A model generated the notes under the pieces. It saw nothing but the letters and a program-made list of their open reading frames with translations. It was not told the DNA's origin and did no database searches. The position numbers were made by a program, and so were the translations under genes. DNA of 64,000 nucleotides, from NCBI RefSeq assembly GCF_018350175.1, contig NC_058368.1, positions 182,344,001-182,408,000 on the forward strand, given 5' to 3'. Source of the stretch: Felis catus (Eukaryota). Shown one piece after another: positions 26,760 to 37,182 of the stretch (within the stretch, counting starts at the first letter, position 1; each line of letters begins with the position of its first letter).

Positions 26760-26984
26760 TTTAATTAATTAATTAATTCATTCATTCATTCATTCATTCA
26801 TTCATTTATCTGAGAGATAGCACGAGCAGGGGAGGGACAGAAAGAGGGGGGACAGAGGATCCGAAGAGGGCTTTGTGCTGACAGGCTGATACCACTGAGC
26901 GCAATGTGGGGCTCAAACTCACAAAGTGTTGAGAATGTGACCTGAGCTGATATTGGACAATTGATTGAGCCACCCAGGTCCCCC
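26760..26984 (-). mobile_element. Can-SINE with (ATTC)n tail
   Basis: Typical body. Confidence 0.88.
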
Positions 26985-27514
26985 TAGATATTCCTATATT
27001 TATTGTTGTATACAAATATTTTCTTCCCATTCTTTAGATTCATTTCAAGAAATGGAATTAGTAGATAAAAAGGTCTACACATTTAAAATACTGAGATACT
27101 GCTAGATGGTTCTCCTGAAAGGTTGCGTCAATTCATACACCTATCTCTAGGGGCATTTCTTCACATTCTTAACAGTATTAAATTTTTAGATGATTACAAG
27201 TGTGTGTATTCCAAATTCTACCTTTGGGTTAAAAATAAAAATTCTTAATGGCCTGCTATCCCCAAATGTTACAAATACTTAAAATAGGAATAAAAAGAAA
27301 GTAAAACAGTGTTTAGGGACCATAAAAAAAAAAAGAATTTTCCAACTACTAATCCTACTACTGTTGATTAACAGGGTATCCGGGGAAGAGTTGAATAATA
27401 CTTCTGGGTAAGCAGCCTTAGTTGCTAAGTAGAAAATTCAGGAAAAGAGCCAAGTATGTTTAATTTCCCACAACATATCACTTCAACCATCTGTGAGAAA
27501 GATCATGCTCTCTT

Positions 27515-27644
27515 GGGGAACTGGGTGGCTCAGTTCGTTAAGCCTCTGACTTTGGCTCAGGTCATGATCTTGTAGTTGGTGAGTTCGAGCCCCACATCAG
27601 GCTCTCTGCTGTCAGTGCAGAGATCACTTCAGATTAAAAAAAAA
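27515..27644 (+). mobile_element. Short Can-SINE lacking the (CT)n/AATAAA 3' half
   Basis: Head runs to ...CTTCAGATT, then a poly(A) run; TSD 16/19 identical (27496-27514, 27645-27663). Confidence 0.88.
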
Positions 27645-28143
27645 AGAAAGATAATTTTCTCTTAAAAGGAGAAACAATTACTGAGAAAGGGGGTTTAGGG
27701 GAATAACTTGATGCTTATTTCATGTTCTTAAATTAACTCTTTGTTCATGGGTTGCTAAGACATATAAAATAATTAATATCAAAACACTAAAGCTGCAGTA
27801 ATAAAGATCTAAGACCTAAACTGAAATGATATTCCCAGTTAAAACTATAATATAACTTTATTTGTATACGTGATAAAGTTAAAATATGAACTCCATCTTC
27901 TTCATGGATGGATACATGGATATATGGATAGATAGATTTAAACAATCGTATCAGTTGACTTAATAAAATATTATTATCACTTAGATGATAGAATAAAAAG
28001 AATGGCTTCTCCAATAGAATGCTTTTAAGTAGGATCATTTCCAGAATATGTGTTATGGACACGTATTGCTCTTTTCCATTTCATTTCCTTATAGATGAAC
28101 ATGCTTTCAATTTTTTGACATTTTTTCTCTCTAGTTTATATCT

Positions 28144-28154
28144 TTATTTGTGTA

Positions 28155-28215
<61 letters not shown>

Positions 28216-28384
28216 ACATGCCAGTAGGAGAGAGGGGCAGAATGAAGGAGAGAGAGAGGATCTTAAGCAGACTCCAGTATCAGCAAGAAGCCTGACATGG
28301 GACTCGATCCCATGACCCTGCGATCAAGGCCTGAGCTGAAATCAAGAGTCAGATGCTCAACCAACTGAGCCACCCAGGCTCCCC
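28144..28384 (-). mobile_element. Can-SINE with expanded (TG)n(AG)n
   Basis: TSD CTCTC(T/C)AGTTTATATCT at 28127-28143 and 28386-28402. Confidence 0.92.
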
Positions 28385-29145
28385 ACTCTCCAGTTTATAT
28401 CTAATAAATCTCTAGATTCTATTATATATGACAAATATTTAGGTTCCATTACCCACTTTATGGAAGTAGAAAAATTTCCCAAAAAAGCAGCCTCCGTGGC
28501 AGAAAGAGTCAACTACAAAAAGAATACCATAAATTACAGGATCAAATAGCTCAGTGAATATGTGCTCCAACTGTACATTAAAATTCATCTCTGTAGTGGT
28601 GTTACAAGCAACATTCTTGGAAAAAATCACATGAAACTTCAAATTATGTGAAGCATTTGGTTTGCAAGGACAGGCTTTTTTTTTTTAAAATCCTGTGTAA
28701 AATTCCTAGAAACACAATTTATGTCCTAACATGCTTAACGGCTAGGGTTGTCCCAGGCAACAGCAGCTTTTGTTCAGCATATCTGGCTTTGGGTGGATTC
28801 ATGGACCGTTTGCAATCAGTGTTAAAATGCAGGCTCCAGTGAAAAGTGTGAGAAGCTGAGAAATGTTACATGCATAATTCATAGTTCCCTCATCACTGGA
28901 TGCATGCATGTGAGGATTCAGGGTTACACTACTATCCTAGTTCACTGAAAGTATAAATTTGAATGTATTCAACATTCTTTTACTCATTTTTTTCAATCTC
29001 ATATCTTTCATTAGGAGGAAGATTTTCGGGGAAGGTATTCTCATTTTTACACTTGCAACTTCCTACAATGAACAACACAGCCCTAGATTATCTGGTTTTT
29101 ATTTATTGCTCCAATCTCATTACATATTCTTGTCTTCCTCCTCCA

Positions 29146-29165
29146 TTTTTTAAAGTTTTATTTAT

Positions 29166-29214
<49 letters not shown>

Positions 29215-29382
29215 AAGCAAGCATGGGGGAAGGGCAGAAAGACGGAGAGAGAAAATCCCAAGCAGGTTCCACACTGTCAGCACAGAGCCCGACATGGGGC
29301 TTGATCTCATAAACCATGAGATCACAACCTGAGCCAAAATCAAGAGTCTAACACTTAACTGACTGAGCTACCAGGTACCACA
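29146..29382 (-). mobile_element. Can-SINE with long (AG)n
   Basis: TSD CCTCCTCCAT on both sides. Confidence 0.9.
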
Positions 29383-29421
29383 CCCTCCTCCATGTTAAAC
29401 TATATTGGTCTTTTGACAAAT

Positions 29422-29430
29422 TTTTCCTTT

Positions 29431-29510
<80 letters not shown>

Positions 29511-29765
29511 TTTCTTTCTTCCATTCTTTCATATGAAATTTATTGTCAAATTGGTTTCCATACAACACCCAGTGCTCATCCTGACAGGTGCCCTCCTCAG
29601 TACCCATCACCCACCCTCCCCTCCCTCCCACCCCCCATCAACCCTCAGTTTGTTCTCAGTTTTTTAAAAGTCTCTTATGTTTTGTCTCCCTCCCTCTCTA
29701 ACTTTCTTTTTTCCTTCCCCTCCCCCAGGGTCTTCTGTTAAGTTTCTCAGGATCCACATAATAGT
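29422..29765 (-). mobile_element. Felid L1 3'UTR fragment with (TTTC)n-expanded tail
   Basis: Reverse complement closely matches the 3'UTR of the full-length L1 (GAAATTTATTGTCAAATTGGTTTCCATACAACACCCAGTGCTCATCC). Confidence 0.9.
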
Positions 29766-29824
29766 GCATTCCAAGCTATTTCCTCACTCAAGACTTCTGG
29801 CACCATAGTGTGTTTTCTCATCTA

Positions 29825-30379
29825 TGTAGGCAGATTCTAAGATGGCCTCCAATGATCCCTAACTCCTGATATTCACATCCTTGTTTAGTTCTTTCTCCTG
29901 AGTATGGGCTAGATCCAGTAATCAGCTTCTAATGAAGAGAATGTAGCAAAGTAATAGAATGTCACTTCAGTGATTAGGTATAAAAGACTGCGTGCTCTTT
30001 CTTGTTTTCTCTAAGAGAAGCCAGCTGCAGTGTTGTGAGCTGCCCTATGGAGAGGGCCATGTGGCAGGGCACTGAGGGAAGTCTTTGACCAAAAGGAAAC
30101 CAAAGAACTGAAGTCTTCAGTCCAATAGCTGGTGAGGAACTAATTCTGACTACATCCATGTGAGTGAGCTTAGAAGCAAATCCTGCTCTAGTAGAGCCTT
30201 CAGAAACCACAGGCCAGACCAACAACATAACTGCAAACTCCTAAGAGACAATGAATCAGAGGTACCCAGCAAAGCTATGCCTAGTTTCATGACCTGCAGA
30301 AACCATGAGTAGTAAATGTGTAGTTTTAAACCAATAAGTTTTGAAGTAGTTTGTTATGCAGCAATGGATAATTAATGTG
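29825..30379 (+). mobile_element. MaLR solo LTR (MLT1F-like)
   Basis: TGTAGGCAGATTCTAAGATGGCCTCCAATGATCCC...GTGAGCTGCCCTATGGAGAGGGCCATGTGGC...TTTGTTATGCAGCAATGGATAATTAA. Confidence 0.88.
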
Positions 30380-30875
30380 CCACCCAAGCTACTCTTCTCT
30401 TGCTCTTTGCTTTTCCCCTACCTTACTTCTCAGGTTCAAATAACTCCTTCAAAGAAGCTTTCTTTTATCAGTCCAAGTGAAGTAGATTCCTCCTTACCCT
30501 TTATTCCCTATTTGAAACATTGCTGGATTTCTTATTAGATTACAAAATAGTGTAAGTTTTCTACTTGTTCACAGTAAAATCTAAAATTAACGTGGGGGGG
30601 GGGGCTATACTTTTCTTGCTCATAGTATCTATTGCAGTGCCTCATACTTACTAAGAGCTCAGTGAACACTTGCTATATAAATTATTAACAAAATAAAGAG
30701 TATATATAATCCATGAGAGTTCAGTTCTTTTAAAAAAGTGTAAGTATTTTATGATTGTTATTATTGGTAGTATATTTAGGTTATGAAAATGACTATGTAA
30801 AAACAAAAATTAATAGATAAGTCATAAACATGTTATGAACTTCATTCAAACATCTATTTCAAATTTGACTTTAAA

Positions 30876-31064
30876 TTTTTTTTATTTATTTTGAGAGACA
30901 GAGAAAGCAGAAGAGGGGCAGAGAGAGAGGGAGAGAGAGAATCCCAGGGAGGCTCCACAAGAGCATGGAGACCAATGCAGTGTTGAACCAAGGGACCGTG
31001 AGATCATGACCTGAACTGAAACCAAGAGCCAGTCGCTTAACCGACTAAGCCACACAGATGTTCC
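30876..31064 (-). mobile_element. Can-SINE
   Basis: TSD TCAAATTTG(A/T)CTTTAAA. Confidence 0.9.
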
Positions 31065-31759
31065 TCAAATTTGTCTTTAAATGATTTTGTATCTGTTTAA
31101 GATTTATGGGGGCTGAGTTTATCTAAAAGATAGTGATGTCACCTTACATATATTCAAGAAACAAAAGAGAAAAGAAGATTCTAGAGTTTCTAAAATGCCT
31201 CATGTCTTCTCCAACTTTAGGGTTGTTACATAATAGTATTAATGATTAGAATACAAAACACAGATGTCATAAAATTTCCTACTATCATTTAAAAAGCTGA
31301 AGAGTTCCTCAAAGTCACAAAATGTTAAATTTTGACTATGTGAAGTGTGAAGAAACATCAACAATATTGAAATGAGTTAGAGTTATAGATTGTGAATCTA
31401 AGAATTAAGCAATGGTGTTAAAATGAAAAAAAAATATATACTCTAAAACTTTTGTAAAATATAACATTGTAAATATTATTTATTCCATTTATGACAATAC
31501 CATCAGTTAATAATAAAATAATCTATAGTTTATAACTTGTTTAAATTGAGTTGAAGAAAGAGTCAAATAACCACAACACAAATGTTGGTTAAAGACAAAA
31601 AACAACAAAAATTCAGGATGAGATCCTTCTGAAGAATATACCAGAAATGCTGAAATAGGCTATAAATCTTAGATGTATTTTATGGGAGATAAAGGATGAT
31701 TTAAATTATAAAGCTGACTATCTAGCATAGGGGGAGTCCCTTCTCTTAACATGAAAATT

Positions 31760-31990
31760 AAATCCATGGTGTAGTCAAACAGGCTGACTTGGGCTTTTAT
31801 CCTTGCTCCGCTATTTATTCACTCTATGATTTCAACCAGTTACTAAACGTCCTTGAGCCACTATCTGTGAAATGAAAGAAATAGCAGAACTTTCCCCTGG
31901 GTTGACATGAAGGCTAAGCGAGTTTCGGCATGTAATGGTTAATACTTAGCACAGGACCCAGGATAAAACCAAAGCTCAATAATACCAGCT
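31760..31990 (+). mobile_element. MIR fossil
   Basis: CTATCTGTGAAATGAAAG...ACTTAGCACAGGACCCAGGATAAAACCAAAGCTCAATAATA. Confidence 0.65.
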
Positions 31991-32534
31991 GTACAATTAA
32001 CAGGAATTGTTATTACCATTACCTTGTTATTATTATTACCTACTACCACTCCAAAAATAGGGAAAGAAGAGAGAATTGTATCATACCTGTCTATGGCAGT
32101 GGTAAAGAAAAATGAGAATTATATTAGCATGTTGAAAAGTGCCATTGGTAGTTACCTGTGAACAGCAATAAGGTTAAAATTTTTGGAATACCCTCTGTGA
32201 AACATAAGATATATGTTCATATCAAGAGATATTTCTACAATTAATCACTTATAATAAAATGTACCAATCTAACATTATTTGGTTGCACAGAGTACATATT
32301 TATGGAAATATTAGAAAAAAGTAAACAATTGTGTTTATGATCTTTACAGTTAAATCTAACTTCTAAATACTGTAGGGAACAAATAAACATGTCTGGAGAC
32401 ATGTCAAAAGAGCATTATGTTTTGTCCTTTAAGATAAAATTCAAGACTTCCAAGGTAAACTTAAATTTTTATTGTACATTACAATAGTGATGTGATTATG
32501 GATTTGATTGCAGATCTGGCTACACAGATTTTCA

Positions 32535-32563
32535 TTTATTTTTTTTTAAGTTTATTTATTTAT

Positions 32564-32605
<42 letters not shown>

Positions 32606-32780
32606 CGAGTGAGCATGAGTGGGAGAAGGGCAGAGAGAGAAGAGAGAAAGAATCCCAAGCAGGCTCCACACTCACAGTGTGCAGGACTCAATCCCACAAA
32701 CCACGAACCAAGAGATCATGACCTGAGCCGAAATCATGAGTCTGACACTCATTCTGGGTGAATGAATCACCCAGAAGCCC
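32535..32780 (-). mobile_element. Can-SINE with a hairpin-forming substitution in its head
   Basis: Typical body with (AG)n; see finding at 32752-32776. Confidence 0.9.
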
Positions 32781-33149
32781 TTAGAATTCATTTTTAATAC
32801 TCATGTCTGCCAATGTTACTGTAAGTTCCAATATCTTCTCTTTGACCTCTTCTACACTTAAAGACACATAGAGTTTCTTCTAATTATTTCCCAGAGCTAT
32901 CTTGAATAGAAAGGCCCCTGCTGCTTTATGTTGTGTATCAGTGTTAGATCACAAGGCAACATGATTTGAAATTATTACTGGTTTCTACAGGTGACAAATT
33001 CTTTAACAAGGTATTTAACACTCTTTGCTAATATACCTCTCTCCCTTTGCAAATTCACATCTGCCCCTCTTTTTTTTGTAGCTTTAACGGACTATTGGAA
33101 ATAATCTGAGCATGGCTTGCATTCTGACCAATGCATGCTTTTTTTATAA

Positions 33150-33600
33150 AATGCCACATCTCAAATATCACTACTCCCAATTTCTCTGGTCTTCTATCTT
33201 CTTCAAGTCCCAGACTTATTGTCATCATCTCCATGAAATCCCCAGTCACTTTGTTCCTTGCTTATCTTCCACTTCTGGAAAAAATTAATGACTCCTTTTT
33301 GTGTGTGCATTTAATATTTATCACCAGCAGAGCACTACAGTTGGCATTTGGCATTTGACTCTTGAAATGTTTTTCCCAAGATATTGTGATTTCTTTGACA
33401 AAGACCTTATACTTTATTCCTCTTTCTTATTTCAGGGCTAGCACATAGTTTGAAAACCAGGAAGGGTACATCCTAGTTGATGTATTCAAGTAGAACAAAT
33501 TGCATTATTACCTTCAAACTTAGTTATTAGGTATTTTTTAAAGCTATCACAGTGGATAATACATAGCAGGAAGCAAAAATATTAATGAACAGATGAATGA
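33150..33600 (+). mobile_element. L2 3' fragment
   Basis: AAATGCCACATCTC...GCTAGCACATAG...AAATATTAATGAACAGATGAATGA. Confidence 0.55.
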
Positions 33601-34243
33601 GTAACTCTTATTCTTGTGGGAAGTAAAGCATAGAGTTATGAAAAGTTCCTTGCCTTGACCTCCACCACAGGTATGCATACGTGAATAGGTACATCTTTTT
33701 TGAGAACTAACTTATGATTGCCACAGGAAATGTCTGACTTACAGTTAATAGAGTTGTGATTATGTTCCATTCTGATTTTATAGCTTTTCTTATTTTAAAT
33801 AAGACATCAACATCAACAGTCCAAACACATTTATGGTTATAAATTCATGACTGATAGGCTCTTATTGGCGAATCTGTGGAGAGCTAAATTAACTCATTTG
33901 ATTAGATGTAGTTACTCTTAAAACAGCTACCAGATTCTTGTAAATTTTCTTAAAATTTGGAATTCCTTCTTACTTTACACTGTATGTTAAAAAAACCAAT
34001 TTAATGCAAAGAATGTCAACAGAGTATCATGAAAGTATAACATTTAGGAAACAAACATCCTATTTTAAGGCAAAAGTGTTTAGGAATGAGAGACTCCGAG
34101 TTTAAATTGTTGGTTTCTACTATAAACACAATTTTAAAGACCAAGGTAAAATATACAGAAAAAGTGGAGAGTACCAGAGGGACACAATCAGTAGTGATGA
34201 TATTTGTTTACAAATGTATGAAGTTATATCTATACTCATGTGC

Positions 34244-34286
34244 ATACATATGTATGTGTATATGTGTGTGTGTGTGTGTGTATATG

Positions 34287-34334
<48 letters not shown>
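34244..34334. repeat. (TG)n(TA)n microsatellite
   Basis: Read directly from the sequence. Confidence 0.95.
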
Positions 34335-34336
<2 letters not shown>

Positions 34337-35308
34337 GGGATGAATGGTGAGGAAAGGAAACTTTTGATTGCATGATGGACACTTAGATTCCACACACCTG
34401 TATTCTTCTGAGCCAAGGGAAGCTGTTGATAAAGGCATTAACTTTTCAAAAACTTAAGAACTGGTGTCTCAAGAGTAAGAAGAACTATTTTGTTTGTTGT
34501 TATTGCTGCTGTTTTTGACTCAAATGAGAATGGTATTATTCCTCAGGAAGTATCAGCTGGATATAATCACAAGACAGAGAAAATATGCAAATATCAAGAT
34601 TTGCTGAAGAATGTTTCAGAAAAGTCAGCTGAACTTGCTGACTAGGAAGGCTTTTGCATATAACACATGCTTATTTTAAAATATCATTTTTGAAAATTTG
34701 TGGATCTTCAATAGCTACATTGCAAAGGAAGAAAAATAAGAACCTAGCTATAAAGCAAGCAAATAAATGATTAGAGTCTCATGTAATGCTCAGCAATAAA
34801 AAGTATTATTGATTTGGAAGAACAGAGAATAACTGAAGAAAAAGGAGTCCAAATGGAAAACTTACTCCCCCAGCATTTACCACAGAAAAACTAAGGAATT
34901 GGCAAACTAAATGCTACGTTTGAGATGGATAGACTCAGCCTTGAATGTTCTTTGTTGGTATTTCAGCTGGGTATCTTGTCCCAGACTCTGCCTGCCCATT
35001 TGTCACATGTATTATTAAAAACTTTCTCCTAACTTTCTCCTGTGACTATATACTAGTCACTACATTCAAGGAATAACTAATGTTCTTGCAATGGTCAGTT
35101 CTAGGATTGGAATCCACAAAAATTATAACTGCTATTATTCTAGATTTTGTCTAGAGGATCTGGATGCCATTTGCCAATTTCCATGTAACATGGCTCTGAT
35201 TTATCCTTTACAAATACATATACTATATTTCTTATTGATAAAGCAAAAATAATAGAAATGAATACATATTTATAAATGGGGTATCTTACTCTAAGATTGT
35301 GACATTCC

Positions 35309-36238
35309 AGAAGAAGCGGCAAGATGGCGGCTTAGGAGGACGCTGGGCTCACAGCGCGTCCTGCTGATCACTTAGATTCCACCTACACCTGCCTAAATAA
35401 CCCAGAAAACTGCCAGAGGATTAGCAGAACGGAGTCGCCGGAGCCAAACGCAGACGAGAGGCCCACGGAAGAGGGTAGGAAGGGCTGCGAGGCGGTGCGC
35501 GCTCCACGGACTGGCGGGAGGGAGCCGGGGCGGAGGGGCGGCTCGCCGGCCAAGCAGAGCCCCCGAGTCTGGCTGGCAAAAGCGGAGGGGCCTGACGGAC
35601 TGTGTTCCCACAACAAGCGCGACTTAGCGTCTGGGAGGTCATAAGTTAACAGCTCTGCTCGGAAAGCGGGAAGGCTGGAGGACAAAGGGAGGGAGAGCTG
35701 CTGAGCCCCCTGACGACAGAGCTCAGCTTGGTGGGGAACAAAGGCGCTCGCCAGCGCCATCTCCCCCGCCCATCCCCCAGCCAAAATCCCAAAGAGAACC
35801 AGTTCCTGCCAGGGAACTTGCTCCCTCCGCGCAAACACCCAACTCTGTGCTTCTGCGGAGCCAAACCTCCGGCAGCGGATCTGACTCCCTCCCGCTGCCA
35901 CAGGGCCCCTCCTGAAGAGGATCACCTAAGGAGAAGCGATCTAAGCCTGCCCCTCCTGCCCCCGTGCACCTTGCCTACCCACCCCAGCTAATACGCCAGA
36001 TCCCCAGCATCACAAGCCTGGCAGTGTGCAAGTAGCCCAGACGGGCCACACCACCCCACAGTGAATCCCGCCCCTAGGAGAGGGGAAGAGAAGGCACACA
36101 CCAGTCTGACTGTGGCCCCAGCGGTGGGCTGGGGGCAGACATCAGGTCTGACTGCGGCCCCGCCCACCAACTCCAGTTATACACCACAACACAGGGGAAG
36201 TGCCCTGCAGGTCCTCACCACGCCAGGGACTATCCAAA
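35309..36238 (+). promoter_or_regulatory. L1 5'UTR internal Pol II promoter; the only CpG-island-like segment in the window
   Basis: YY1-type motif AAGATGGCGG at 35321-35330, just inside the 5' end; many retained CpGs. Confidence 0.85.
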
Positions 36239-37132
36239 ATGACCAAGCGGAAGAATTCCCCTCAGAAGAATCTCCAGGAAATAACAACAGCTAATGAGCT
36301 GATCAAAAAGGATTTAAATAATATAACAGAAAGTGAATTTAGAATAATAGTCATAAAATTAATCCCTGGGCTTGAAAACAGTATACAGGACAGCAGAGAA
36401 TCTCTTGCTACAGAGATCAAGGGACTAAGGAACAGTCACGAGGAGCTGAAAAACGCTTTAAACGAAATGCATAACAAAATGGAAACCACCACAGCTCGGC
36501 TTGAAGAGGCAGAGGAGAGAATAGGTGAACTAGAGGATAAAGTTATGGAAAAAGAGGAAGCTGAGAAAAAGAGAGATAAAAAAATCCAGGAGTATGAGGG
36601 GAAAATTAGAGAACTAAGTGATACACTAAAAAGAAATAATATACGCATAATTGGTATCCCAGAGGAGGAGGAGAGAGGGAAAGGTGCTGAAGGGGTACTT
36701 GAAGAAATAATAGCTGAGAACTTCCCTGAACTGGGGAAGGAAAAAGGCATTGAAATCCAAGAGGCACAGAGAACTCCCTTCAGACGCAACTTGAATCGAT
36801 CTTCTGCACGACATATCATAGTGAAACTGGCAAAATACAAGGATAAAGAGAAAATTCTGAAAGCAGCAAGGGGTAAACGTGCCCTCACATATAAAGGGAG
36901 ACCTATAAGACTCGTGACTGATCTCTCTTTTGAAACTTGGCAGGCCAGAAAGAATTGGCACGAGATTTTCAGGGTGCTAGACAGAAAAAATATGCAGCCG
37001 AGAATCCTTTATCCAGCAAGTCTGTCATTTAGAATAGAAGGAGAGATAAAGGTCTTCCCAAACAAACAAAAACTGAAGGAATTTGTCACCACTAAACCAG
37101 CCCTACAAGAGATCCTAAGGGGGACCCTGTGA
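36239..37132 (+). CDS. L1 ORF1p (297 aa; coiled coil, RRM, CTD), uninterrupted
   Basis: ATG at 36239 (MTKRKNSPQ...); heptad-rich N-half; RHIIVKL, PIRLVTDLSFETWQARK and ILYPASLSF match L1 ORF1p motifs. Confidence 0.95.
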   Translation: MTKRKNSPQKNLQEITTANELIKKDLNNITESEFRIIVIKLIPGLENSIQDSRESLATEIKGLRNSHEELKNALNEMHNKMETTTARLEEAEERIGELEDKVMEKEEAEKKRDKKIQEYEGKIRELSDTLKRNNIRIIGIPEEEERGKGAEGVLEEIIAENFPELGKEKGIEIQEAQRTPFRRNLNRSSARHIIVKLAKYKDKEKILKAARGKRALTYKGRPIRLVTDLSFETWQARKNWHEIFRVLDRKNMQPRILYPASLSFRIEGEIKVFPNKQKLKEFVTTKPALQEILRGTL

Positions 37133-37182
37133 GACAAAGTCCCAGAGACATCACTACAAGCATAAAACATACAGACATCACA

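Noticed and set aside
34380..34400. CACTTAGATTCCAC--ACACCTG similarity to the L1 5'UTR at 35369-35391
   Set aside because: Only a 14-bp exact core; several such matches are expected by chance in 64 kb, and no other L1 context is present
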